DNA from: the human T2T-CHM13v2.0 reference genome, Homo sapiens
Length of the DNA stretch: 64,000 nt
Assembly: GCF_009914755.1 (NCBI RefSeq)
Contig: NC_060933.1
Reading direction: 5' to 3' (one strand)
The notes under the pieces were generated by a model. The model did not search any database, was not told where the DNA came from, and saw only the letters and a list, made by a program, of their open reading frames with translations. Each line of letters opens with the position of its first letter. The first letter of the stretch is position 1. Below, in pieces: positions 12,515-28,394 of this stretch. Made by a program: the position numbers and the translations under genes.

Positions 12515-14321
12515 TAATGGCAGCGGTGTGCCATCTGGAGCAGCCACTGTTATCACGCCAGCTGCAGTATGGAGGCACAAGTGGTGGTGGCAGAAGTGGC
12601 TGTGGGAGCAGCAGTGGTAGTGGTGGGTCCCCTGTGCCCTACATCCCTGAGGCAGCTGACTGCACCACCCCGACCCTTGCACAACTGGGAAGGACCCACT
12701 GCAGGCCCGGAACCTCTGCCGTGCCTTCAATCTCGCTGTGTGCTGCGTCTCAGGAGTCTGTGAGCTGATAGTGCAGCCAGGACTTGTGGGGTGGCCCCAG
12801 GAGCATTGGGTTTGTTTGCGCGGGGTTGGCTGAGGCCACCAGCCACCTGCACCTTGCCTGCTGCCACTAAGGGGAAAATGCAGACCAGTGGTATGGCTAG
12901 GGCTGCATGCTTTATGGAGCCAGAAAGTTGGTAGAGTGGGAGCTTCCCAGGTGCAACTGCAGCCACCCAAGCTGTGGCTGCTACCAGGGCACTCCTGTGC
13001 TCTTGGGAGCCAAGAGTAGGCAGGAGCCCCGCCCTCCCAAGTGCAGCTGCAGCCACCCAAGCTGCAGCTGTGGACCCAGGAATCTCCGTACTCTTGGGGG
13101 CCCAGGAAGGCACCCCTTTCCCTGCAGGCTAGGAAGTGCCTGCTCCCACTGTCCGTGTTCTCCTTACTGTTAGCATCTGCTCCTGTCACAGTTCACAACC
13201 TGGGGCACTGTCTCTCTCTCAGCACTTTCGCATCCCAGCTGCATGTGTGCATGCTTGGAGTAGTGCTGACATGCCAGCCCCTTGGCCCCCTTTGGACTGT
13301 GGAGGCTGACAAGCATGGGAAGGAGGCTGAAGTGGGGCTGAGGACAGCTTGGCACTGGCCTGCAGGTACTCCTTGGCATGAATAACGTGGGTGCCATGAA
13401 CAATGACAGGAGGCAAACAGGCTCTTGGGTGGAAGGGAGCAGGTTTCCAATGAAGCCCCACCTGCAAGCTGGGGTGGGGCTGAAGCCTAGGGGGTGGGCC
13501 GCCAGTCTTCAGGGAGGAGATACCCTCTGTGCTGAGAGCTGAAGAGACAACGGGATGACCTGCCTGCAGAGAGGAGCTGCCCTCTCTGCTGAGAGCTCAG
13601 TACTCAACAGGACACCCTGGCTATGGAGAGGAGCTACCCACTGCGGGTCTCCTCTGAGCTGTCTTATCTCTCGGTAAAGCTCCTCTTCATCTTGTTCACC
13701 TTCCACTTGTCTGCATATATCATTCTTCCTGGTCTCAGGACAAGAACTGGAGACCTGCTGAATGGCGGAGCTAAAATAGCTATAACACAAACAGCGCTGA
13801 AACATGCCCCTTGTTTGTCACATTGCAAGCAATGAGAAGAGAGAAGAGAAGAGCTGTGGCTCTTCAGGGAGCCCAGACCTAGGAACTCCGAGCCAGGGCT
13901 GTGACACCCTCTTTAGGGCTCTGTGGGTTCCTGGCATCTCCAGGGTTCTGGGCACCACCACATTCCCTGGTGTCAGCCGTGGAAGCTGCTTATGGTATGC
14001 CTGGTCTAGCTGCAGCCTTGCATGGAGCTGGCACCCGTGCCAGTGCCTGAAGCTGCCTGCCCATCGCCTATCCCCCCTCAGCCGGCATGCCTGGCTGTGT
14101 GCAGTGGCCGGACCCCATGCTTGCTCACACACCCCTTGCTCCTCCGTGCCTGGCTTACCCTTGGCAGACAAGCGATCCAGGCTCATAGTGGGAACTGAGC
14201 ACAGCCTGCCAGGCCGAGTGGGTGGAACAAGACCAGAGATCCAGAGCAAAACTCTGGAAAAGGCGCCACTGGCCATAGAGGCTTTTGGCTGATGAAGTAA
14301 TACCTCAAGGATCCCGTAGCA
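12515..14321 (+). mobile_element. MER52-type ERV1 solo LTR (~1.8 kb)
   Basis: Begins TAATGGCAGCGG (TGATGGCAGC consensus) and ends GATCCCGTAGCA. 4-bp TSD ATAC (12511-14 / 14322-25); internal GCAGCTGCAGCCACCC repeats. Confidence 0.88.
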
Positions 14322-14837
14322 ATACCAGATGGAAATCTGGATCCACACAAAGAAATGGTCTACACCAGAAATAGTAACATCGTGTATCTATACCAGAAAT
14401 AGTAACAACATGGATATATACTTTATATTATTTAAACTTCTCTAAAAGATAATTGTTTAGGAAATAAAGTAATATGCAGTTTATAATATACGTAAAAGTA
14501 AAATGGATGACAATAAGAGCTTAAAGACTAAAAGGGGGGAAGTTTACTATTCTCAGATTCTTAAACTGTACATGATGTGATCTACTGTCACCTGAAGGTC
14601 AGCCGTGATCAGTTAAAGGTGTACACTGTAAACCCTGGAGCCACCACTAAGATAACAAACCAAAAGATTACAGCTATTAAACTAACAAAGGAGATCAAAT
14701 GGAATCATAAAAATATATTGGGTAAATCCAAAAGAAGACAGAAAAAGATGTAAAAGAGAATAAAGGACAGATGTGATGAGTAGAAAACAATAGCAAGATA
14801 AGAGACTCAACCATATTAGGAATTACATTACATTTAA

Positions 14838-15233
<396 letters not shown>

Positions 15234-16030
15234 TAAATATAAAGATGCAAATAGGTTAGATGTAAGAGGATGGAAAAAGATATACCATGCCAAGACTAGT
15301 CAAAAGAAAGCTGAGGTGGCTATACGAATGCCAAAATAGACTTCAGAGCAAAGACTATTACCAGGGATTAAAGAGATTATTTCTTACTGATAATGTGGTT
15401 AGTTAATGAAGACATAATAAACTTACGTCTTTTTGTACCTAACAAAGAAAGCTTCAAAATGTATGAAGAAAAGTAATAAAACAATAAGTAGAGATAGAGA
15501 TAACCATCAGAGATTTTAATCCCACTCTCAACACTTCATAGAATAAATAGGCAATAAATCAACAAGAATGTATTGGACTTGAACAACACCATCAACCAAC
15601 TTGACCTGATTTATATTTATAGAATACTCCACCCTATAAAAGCAAAATACACATTTTCTCAACTGTGCACGGAAGATTTATGGAGATAGACCACATTATA
15701 GCCCATTAAAAACCTCAATAAATAAAAAAGTATTCAACTACAAAGTATGTTCTCAGGCCACAATGGAATAAAATTAAAAACCAGTAACAGAAAGATCCTT
15801 TAAATATCCCCAAATATTTGGAAATTAACTCACTTCTAAATAACTCATAGGACAAAGAAGAAATCTAAAGGAATATTAGAAAGTTATTTGAAGTTATTGG
15901 AAATAGAAAAACAACAAAGAATTTGTCGGTTGTCACTGAAGCAGTACCTGAAGGGAAATTTATGATATTACTGTATTAGAAAAGAATAAGGGTCTCAGAT
16001 CAGCAACCTCAGTTTCTAATTGAAGAATAT

Positions 16031-16810
<780 letters not shown>

Positions 16811-17619
16811 CTCTATTTTGTTGCCCTTTACACACATGGACTCTTCCGTATTGCCACAGGTGCCATCAGGTCTCCAGCCTTTGCACATGCTGTTTCCTCT
16901 CTGGGATTCCCACATGCCGGGCATTAGGTCAAGCTCCACGGGACTCCCTGAGATGGATCAGACATAGATCCCACCATGAATACCTCACAGTCCGGCTGGG
17001 AAGATGAGACAGGGACATAACTATTTATAGAACAGAGTCACCAGCTTATAGGTACAAAGGAAGGGCATGGACAGCACAGGACACACCTGTCTACTGCTAG
17101 AGGTGTCAGGGGCAGCTTCTGAAGTTGGTGGGTCTCATGGGGCTCACTGCAGAGGTGTGACCACAGAAAATAGAAAGGAGGCATTCCATGCAGAAGGAAG
17201 CTAGAGTGACAGGAGCACACAGTATAGATGTAGGGAGCATGGTAGGGGACTGAAGACTCGGACCAGCCCCCCATTGGTACATTTTGTGCTAGGTCTCCAC
17301 ACTCAAACATCCTGCAGCTCAGCTCCAACGACTGAAAATTCTGCTAATGAGAATTTCTCTTCTGCGAGCTTTAGGCCTTGGCTGGTTGGGCCAGTGGCTG
17401 CCTCTTATGTCCCCCACCAGTCGAAGCTCAGTTCCACAGGAAGAGCTTTGTGTTTTGCTCTAAGTAGCAAGGAATCCACTTGTGGGGAGTCCAACAGGGA
17501 GTGAGTGAAGGACTTACATTCCATGGGAGGCCTCTGGCTGTGGGCACAGAAGGGGCTCTGGGCTAAAGAAGGAAGCTGGGAGCCCCTCAAGTAGCAGAAG
17601 GACATTGGGGTCATCCCTG

Positions 17620-17830
17620 AGAGAGGAGACCTAGTGAGAATGAAGTGATGGCAGGGTAAGGTGGGGTGGGAAGGGGAGGGACAGGCGCAGATAGGGAGAG
17701 GAGGGAGTAATAGGGTAAGGGAGATGAAGAGAAGGGCAAGGAGGGGAGGGAGTAGATAAGGGACAAGGAGGGAGGAAAAGAGAGGAGAGGAAGACGAGGA
17801 AGTGGGAGGGTGAAGATAGGGAAGGGGATG
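17620..17830 (+). repeat. Purine-rich low-complexity tract with G-quadruplex motif
   Basis: Almost entirely G/A; GGGGTGGGAAGGGGAGGG at 17663-17680. Confidence 0.85.
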
Positions 17831-19099
17831 GCCCAGAGGTATTCATTTGAAACAGCCCCAGCAGGACTGATTGTAGCAGTGGCTGTCCAGTGAGAGAGAA
17901 AGGAAAGAATCAAGAACAAATTCTAGATTTTTGACGTGGGAAACTGGGAGAAGTTGGAGACTTTTCCCATCTCAGTGCTTTTCACTGAGAGAAGAAAAGG
18001 AAGAGTCATATTTGAGTGTGAAAACGAGAGTCGCCTTTGAGATCTATTAAGTTTAATATGCTTCATTAGGAAGCTCCCTCATTTCCCTCGTAGCATCAAC
18101 ATTCTTTCTAAAACATTTGGAAAGTATTATGATTTTTATTGTAGAGTCCCCCGACCCCAACAATTTTCTTTACTTTTTTCCTATTCATTGGTCATGGAAG
18201 TTGCTTCCAATTTTCAGCTATTGTGAATAATGGGCTCTTTAAAGCATAGAACAGAGCTGGTTTGCAACGAACATTCTGTACACAGGTCTTTGTCAGCATC
18301 TCTGAATATTATATTCCTAAAAATTCCCAGAGGTACGATTTGTAGGTCAAAGGCTGTAAACATTTTACAGCTTCTTAATACATATTGCCAAATGATGCTG
18401 CAAAAAATGGCACCATGTACATTTTTCAAGAGAAGCATCAAAGGATCTCACTGGTCCTCGCCACCTGGACTATTGTAATGGTCCTGAATTGTTGCTAATT
18501 AGATGTGCAGAAAATACTATTTTATGTTCATATCTGGATAAAGTACCCATGAGGGTTTTGACTAATGTATAGAGGAGAAGAATCCTTTTTAAGGATTTAG
18601 ATGTGATTTTACTGAGTTGCAGATGTCTTCTTCCCCACAGTACCTTGGGGGACTGAATACAGGTGTGGAGGCCACCCAGCTTGTGTCTGTGTTTACTGTC
18701 CTTCTCTGATTGGAAGCCTCCCCATCTTATTCCATTATACTTTGCTACTGTTCTCCCACTTAGCTGACCTGTCACCTCTTGCCCGAGAGTCTCAGGGTTA
18801 GTAATGGATTTCATGACTGCACACTTTAGTAATGAAGAACTCCATTATCACTGGAAGGGGAGTGATCCTTCTGTGGTGTCTGAGCCAAGACAGGACAACA
18901 TGGAAGCCCAGCACGTCAAGGTCCAGGAGCGTGTTCAGTGGCTGGGCCTGGGGGCAGGAGGAAGAAAAGAGACAGATGCAGGGAGAGCCCCCCCATCCTG
19001 CCCCCACCATGATTACTCATCCTTCTTTGTAGTTACATTACTTCATTGTATTACCTGGAAATAACCTGTCTCCTTGGTTAATGGTCTATTCTTTGGGAG

Positions 19100-19250
19100 A
19101 CAGCTTTAGAGGCTGGCAGACCTAAATTCTAATCCTTCTACCTGATGTTGGGCAAGTCACTTGTGGCTTTGGAGCCTCAGTTCCTAATCCGAAGTGAATC
19201 TCACAGTGGCCACCTCCCAGGGATGCTGTGCTAGATGAACTGCCTGAGTT
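19100..19250 (+). mobile_element. MIR fragment
   Basis: TTGGGCAAGTCACTT...GAGCCTCAGTTCCT. Confidence 0.65.
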
Positions 19251-19799
19251 GGGTAGCTGGGCCAGGCTCTAGGTCACGGTGAGATGCTGCAGCTGTGGCT
19301 GTACCCTGTTAGTGCTGGGTCTGGAATCCCAGCCTCCAACACAGCTGTGATTAAAGAATGCCTGGAAGGAGCAATGCAGGAGGAAGGAGAAGGATGAGAA
19401 GTTCGAGGTTAGCATCAGATGACTGGGGACTTGGCTTTCCTCTGGCTACTTCCCAGCTACTTTGGGCTCTGACACCTCTGGCCGGCCACACACACACCCT
19501 GAGCACTCACCATCTCCCGGAACTCAGTAGCCTGATGGCCCAGGATGACTGAGTGCCGGCAGATCTGGCAGGAACAGCTTGTGAATGGCATGGGTGGCCA
19601 GGGTCTCTGCCTGATAAAGGGAATGTTCTTCCCTCAGGAAAGCGGCCCAGGTGTCCTGGAGCAAAGGACTATACTGGAATAGGTTGGTGCCTGCAGCCTA
19701 GAGCTTGGACAGTTTCGGCAGCCAAATGAATCCTGGGGTTCCCAGTATTTGGGAAGAGGTTAAGGTATGTGGGAAGAGGCCAAAAACATAAGGAACCTC

Positions 19800-20700
19800 C
19801 CCGTGGCGTCAGGGTCCTGCTCCACACAGACAGAATCTGAGACGCCCTCCCCGGGGCACCTGGTTCTTCTCCAGTCCCTTGTCACCTCCCAAGCGGGCCT
19901 CGGAAAAGGCAGGTCTGAGGATGCGCACCGACGCGGGACCTAGTGCAGGCTGGTGGAGCCCCCTCCGCGGTCCTCTGAGTACAGCTGCCGGTCCCCACCT
20001 CTGAGGCAGAACTTGAGGAAAATGGGGTCAAATGGAAGGTACTGGTATCGGGACACACGCGGGGAGGCCTCCAAACACCCTTTCAAGATGGTTCGTGTTG
20101 ACCCCGATAGGTCTCGTGTTGGAGGGGCAGGCACTGGGGGTTGCTGGTCGACCCGCATGTTGCCCCACCACAGAGCATCCAGGGCTAAGAGCGCGACAAG
20201 AGCCTCCTCCGACCTTAAGCTGTAGGTCCAAGCTCCCACGAACAGATGGGGAGCGAATGCTTTGCTAGCAGGCGGAACAATCCTGCTAACGCTAGGGACA
20301 TCCTGGAACTCGACGCTGGTGCACAGCGGCCACTTCTCTCTCTCGCGGGAGCTCCAGAGAACAAGTGCAATACGTAACATCGGCCGCCAGGTGGAGCCCG
20401 ACAACGGCGCAAATGGCAGTAGTCCATGTCGGATCGCTTCTCAGACCTGAGTGGGTGGAGCGCGTCTGGCTCCTCTCCGAGCTCCGGGTCAGCACGACGC
20501 GTCCCCAGCAGCATAAGGGAAGGCTGACTGCTGGGAAGAGTACAGACTCTCCCTACCTGATTCCCAGTCTGGCCCGTGGAAAATGTAACCGCGAGCCTGC
20601 GGGCCGGGCGCCCTGCCAGGCCGGGCTTTCCAGAGCCGCGCAAGCGGACTTAGAAAATACCGTGCCCTCAGGTATGGGATGAAAAACTGCAACCATGAAA
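19800..20700 (+). promoter_or_regulatory. CpG island / probable promoter 2
   Basis: GC/CpG-rich. TCTCGCGGGA (20341-50) is one mismatch from the TCTCGCGAGA promoter motif; YY1-like CAAATGGC (~20410-17); donor CAG|GTATGG at 20672. Confidence 0.7.
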
Positions 20701-20765
20701 GCTTTGTTGAAAACACTTTAATTCTAAAATTTCTGAACAGAGAAGATCTTTAAAGCATAGAACAG

Positions 20766-20900
20766 AGCCCGTCACGGTTGTTCACGCCTGTAATCCTAGC
20801 GACTTGGGAGGCTGAGGCGAGAGGATCGCTTGAGGCTAGCAGTTTGAGACCAGCCTGGGCAACACAAATAGACCGCTGTCTCTTAAAATAAAAATAAAAA
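20766..20900 (+). mobile_element. FLAM / Alu monomer
   Basis: CACGCCTGTAATCCTAGC...GAGGATCGCTTGAGG...GACCAGCCTGGGCAAC followed by an A tail. Confidence 0.88.
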
Positions 20901-21299
20901 GGCATGTATACAACAAAGACAACTCGAAAGCCATCAAGGACACGATTGATTAACTTGATAGCATAAAGTTTAAAGAAAATTTATCTGTGCACGTACCAGG
21001 ACAAAGTCAAATGACAACAAATGGGTGTGGGGAACATCGGTGCAAATACATGTGTGATAAGAATACTGATTTCACCATTACTTCTAATAACAAAAAATAA
21101 AGAAAACATAGCCATTCAGAGGAGCCAGGTTTAAAAAATTCTGGTACATCTATACAGTACCGTTAATTTATGTTTTGGTTTATTTCTTCAGGGCGGGAGA
21201 CTTACATGTAGTAACATGGAAAAATGTCCATGATGAAACAGTAAATGAAAATAGCAAATTCATGAGAATGCAAATTAGAATCATACTGCGATACCATGA

Positions 21300-23082
<1,783 letters not shown>

Positions 23083-23849
23083 AATGTCTCCAAGAGTTTC
23101 TTACTTCCCCTATGGGAATGTCTGTATTTCCTACAGAGATCAGTCAAAGCTGGACAGGGAGCCTCCAGGAAGGGTCTCTGACATGGCTACAGTTTTGCGT
23201 GGGGCACAGTTGCATACAGCACTCCCTAAAACGTTTCTCTTTCCCAATTAGCTAGCTGAGACATTCCCTAACTAGTCATGGAGGCCAGGGTGGGCATCCC
23301 TTCCACCTGGTGGACTGAGTGGGGATTGGTCATAGGAGGCACCCTGCAAAATTTATCTAAACCCCTCTCTGGAGGCCAGGACAAATCTGAATGGACCATG
23401 GAACTGGGGAGAGCCTGGGTGGGAGCCAGTGGTCAGGAAGGCTTTGGGGGCTGCTCAGATGGGGCCAGGTGTGAAGGCCTGAGAAGGGTACCTTGTTGCA
23501 TGGGTCTGGTTGGCCCGATGAGTCTCCAGAAAGTTTCTTAAGACCCCTGGTTGGGGGTGGGGGACTGCATCTGGCTAGAAAGTGAAGGCCCCAGGGATGG
23601 GTTTGGTGCCCTACTTTCCACTCCAGTCCAAAGCAGTGCCTGTCATCAGAGGCACCAGAAAATATGTTCTAAGTACTCCCTGTTTGTGGGCACCAGGTAA
23701 GGATGCCCAGTAAGGCCTGGGAAGGCCTTGTGAATCCGGTCACAGTTCTTCCTGGCCTTGTCTATGGCGTGCAAATTCTTTGAATGTTTGCAAGTCCCTC
23801 TCTGGAGGAGCAGCAAAGGCCTGAGTGGCTGAGGAGGCCTATTATTTTT

Positions 23850-26800
23850 ATTTATATTATTGTATATGAAATTATTACTTATGTTATTTTTGTTATTATA
23901 AAAAGATGTAAAGTGTGACATCAAAAACATCAAACATGGGAGAAAAGGAAGTTAGAGTGAAAAGTTTGTGTATGCAACCAAAATTAACTGTTATCAGCTT
24001 AAATTAACCTGTTATAAGTATAACATGTTTTATGTAAGCCACAGGGTAGTCACAAAGCAAAACCTGTAATGGATACACAAAAGATAAAAGGAAAAGAACC
24101 AAAACATACTACTACAGAGAGCCATGAAGCCACAAGAGAAGAAAGCAAGAGAAGAAGAAGGGACCAAAGGCTCTACAAAGCAACTAGAAAACACTTTAAC
24201 AATGGCAAGAGTAAGTTCATACGTGTCAATAATAACCTAGAATGTAAATGGATTAAATTCTGCAGTTAAAAGATACATAGTGGCTAAATGAGGTATTTTT
24301 TTAAAGACCCAGCTATATGCTGCCGACAAAAGACTCACCTCACCCGTAAGGACACATGAAGATATTCCATACAAATGGAAAGCAAAAGAAAGCAGCAGTA
24401 GTTGTACTTTTATCAGATAAAATAGACTTCACATTAGAAATCCTAAAAAGAGACAAAGGAGATTATTATATAATGATAAAAGGATCAATTCAGCAAGAAG
24501 GTATAACAATTATGAGTATACACCCACCCAACACCAGAGCAAATACTAGATCTAAAGGGAGAGACAGACTGCATTTCAATAATAGGAGACTTCAACACCC
24601 TACTTTCAGCACCGAACAGATCATCCAAAGAGAAAATCAGCAAAGGAACATTGGACTTAAACTACACTCTAGAGCAAATAAACCTAACTTTTACAGAAAA
24701 TGTCATTCAACAGCTGGAGAACGTGTATATATTCTTCTCATGAGCACATGGAGCATTCTTCAGCATAGACCATATGTTAGGCCACAAAACAAGTCTCAAC
24801 ACATTTTTAAAAATTAAAATCACATCAAGTATCTTTTTTGACCACAATGGAATAAAACTAGAAATCAATAACAAGAGGAACTTTGGAAAATGCACCAATA
24901 CAACATGCTCCTGAACAACCAATGGGTAAATAACGAAATTAAAAAGAATATTTAAGAATTTCTTAAAACAAATAAAAATAGAAACACAACATACCAAAAT
25001 TTATGTTATATATCAAAAGCAGCAGCAGTACTAAGAGGGGTAGTTTATAGAAATAAATGCCTATATAAAAAGGTAGAAAGATTTCAAATATAATGATGCA
25101 CCTCATGAAACTAGAAAAGCAAGAATAAATCAAACCCAAAATTACAGGAAGAAGAAATACTAAAGATCACAACAAAAATAAATAAAATTGAGACTAAAAA
25201 TATGAAAGATCAACCAAATGAAAATATTGTTTTGAAAAGGTAGACAAAATCAACAAACCTTTAGGTAGACTAATGAAAAGAAAAACTCAATGGAATAGAA
25301 TCAGAGATAAAAAGGAGATATTACAACTGATAAAACAGAAATACAAAAGGTCATTACAGACCATTATGAACAATTTACATCAACAAATTGAAAACTTATA
25401 AAATAGATATATTCTTGGACACATATAACCTACCAAGATTGAACCATGAAGAAACAGGAAACCTGAATAGAACAATAATGAATAATGTGATTGAATCAGT
25501 AATAAAAAGTCTAACAAAGAAAAGTCTAGGACCATATGGCTTTACAGATGAATCCTACCTAACTTTTAAAGATAAGCTAATGCCAATTATTCTCAAACTA
25601 TTTTGAAAAATCAAAGGGGAGAGAATGCTTCCAAATCTTTTTTAAGGCCAGCATTACCCTGATACCAAAACCAGACAAGGACACAACAAAAAAAACTATA
25701 GGCCAATATTTTTAATGAGCATAAATGCAAAACTCTTTTAAAAAAAAACCCTAGAAAACAAAATCCAACAGCACAGAAAAAAGATTATACACCATGATCA
25801 GGTGGTATTTTCCCCCAGGGATGCAAGGATGCTTCAACCTACAAATATCAATAAATGTGATACATCACATACATCACATCAAGAGAATAAAGAACAAAAC
25901 CTTGTGATTATCTCAATAGACACAGAAGTAATGTTTGATAAAATTCAACTCCTCTTTGTGATTAAAAAAAAACCCTCTCAACAAATTAGGTATAGAAAGA
26001 ACATACCTTAAAACATTAATGTTCATATATGATAAACCCACGGTTAACATCGTACTGAATAGGGAAAAGTTGAAAGCCTTTTCTCTAACATAGAACAAGA
26101 CAAAGATATTCACTTTCCCCTAAGATCCTTTCTCTAAGATCTAGAACAAGACAAGGATATTTACTTTCACCACTTTTATTGAAAAGTGGTCAATCACATC
26201 GTTTTCTTTTATTGAAAAGTGGTGAAAGAGTCCTAGACAGAGCTATTAAAAAAGAAATAAAGAGCATTGGAAAAGAGGAAGTCAAATTGTCACTGTTTGC
26301 AAATGACATGATCTTATATTTAGGATAAGCTAAAGACTTCACTAAAAAGCTGTTACAACTGGTTAACTATTTCAGCAAAGTGGCAGAATACAAAATCAAC
26401 ATACAAAAACCAGTGGCATTTCCATATGCCAATAGTGAACAATCTGAAAATCAAGGAAGCAATCCCATTCACCATAGCTACAAAAATATAAAATGCCTAG
26501 GAATAAATTTAACCAAAGAGGTAAAAGATCTGTACAATAAAAACTGTAAAACACTGATAAAAGAAATTGAAGAGGACACAAAAAATAAAAAAACTCATAT
26601 TCATGAATTAGAAAAATTAATATTGTTAAAATGTCCATACTACCCAATGTTAACTATAGACTCAAGACAATTCCTATCAAGTGACATTCTTCACAGATAT
26701 AGAAAAAGCAAGCCTAAAATTCATGTGAAATCACAAAAAAGCCTGAGTATACAAAGCAACCCTGAACAAAAAGAACAAAGCTGGAGACATCACACTATCT

Positions 26801-28390
26801 GACTTCAAAATATACTACAAAGCTGCAGTGATAAAAAATAAAAAGCATGTTTATGGCATAAAAACAGACATATACACCAAAGGAACGAAATAGAGAACAC
26901 AGAAACAAATCCATGTATTTATAGCCAACTGATTTTCATCAAAGGCCCTAAGAACATACACTGGGGAAAGAACAGTATCTTTAATAAATGGTGCTGGGAA
27001 AACTGAGTAACCATATGCAGAAGAGTGGAGCTTGACCCTGATCTCTCACCATATACAAAAATCAACTTAAAATGGATTACAGAGTTAAATGTAAGCCTCA
27101 AAACTGTGAACCTACTAGAACAAAACTTAGGTAAAATCCTTCAGGACATTGGTCCGAGCAAAGATTTATTGAGTAAGACCTCAAAAGCACAGGAAACCAC
27201 AGCAAAAATTGACAAATGGGATTACATCGAATGAAAAACCTTCTGCACAGGAAAGGAAAAAATCAACAACGTGAAGAGACAACCTACAGAATGGGAGAAA
27301 ATATTTGCAAAGTATTCATCGGATAAGGGATTAATAATCAGAATACACCATGATGCTCAAACAACTCAATAGCAAAAAAAAAAAAAAACACAACAACAAA
27401 TACTCTGATTTTGAAAGGGGCAAAAGATCTGAATAGACATATTTCTCAAAAGAAGAAAATCAAATGGCCAACACATAAATGAAAAAATGCTCAACATGAT
27501 TGATGATCACAGAAATGCAAATCAAAATCACAATGAGATATCCTTGCACCCCAGTTAAAGTGGCTATTATCAAAAAGACAGAAAATGACAAATGATAAGG
27601 AGGATGTGGAGAAAGGGAAGTGCTCATACACTGCTGGTAGGAATGTAAATTCGTACAGCTACTGGAAATCTCCACACTGAAAAGCACTGTGGAGATTTGT
27701 CAATAAAACTAACCATAGAACTACCATATGATCCAGCAATCCCACTAGTTGGTATATGGCCAAAAGATAAGAACTCAGTGTATCAAAGAGATATCTGCAT
27801 TCCCATGTTTATTGCAGCAGCACTATTCACAATAGCCAAAATATGGAATCAACCTAAGTATCCATCAATGAATGAATGGGTAAAGGAAATATGGTATATA
27901 TACACAATGGAATATTATTCAGCCAGAAGAAAGAATGAAATTCTGTCATTTGTAGCAACATAGATGGAATTGGAGGACATTATGTTAAGTGAAATAAGCC
28001 AGATACAGGAAGACAAATATCATGCTTTTACTCATATGTGTGGGCTAAAAAAATGGGAGGTAGTGAACAGAATGGTGTTTAGCAAAAACTGGGAAGGGTA
28101 GTGGGAGGAGGGCATGAAAAGGGGTTGGTTAATGGATATAAAATACAGTTAGATAGATAGAAGGAGTAAGATCTAGTGTTTGGTAGCACAATAGGGCAAC
28201 TATAGTTAACAGTAATTTATTTTGTATTTCACAACGTTCTCAACACAAGAAAACAATAAATGTTTGAGGTAATGAATATCCCAGTTACCCATATCTGATC
28301 ATTACACACTGTATGCTTGTATCAAAATATCACAGGTACTCTATAAATATGTACAACTATTATGTTTTCATAAAAATTAAAAATAAAAAC
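23850..28390 (+). mobile_element. L1MA-class LINE-1, ~4.5 kb, 5' truncated, ORF2 pseudogenised
   Basis: EN remnant (KRDKGDYYIMIKGSIQQE), RT motif SLFANDMIL (~26290), C-terminal ELPYDPAIPLVGI, L1MA-type 3' UTR and A tail at ~28370-28390. Confidence 0.92.
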
Positions 28391-28394
28391 TAGA

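Noticed and set aside
12479-14348. 236-, 176- and 162-aa ORFs
   Set aside because: Lie almost entirely within the GC-rich MER52 LTR; the same applies to the ORF cluster at 29949-31009
19940-20682. 154-aa and other ORFs in island 2
   Set aside because: Same GC-driven artefact; no recognisable protein features
23850-28390. Possible active L1 / reverse transcriptase gene
   Set aside because: No 5' UTR or ORF1; ORF2 is fragmented by stops and frameshifts, and the FADD motif reads FAND
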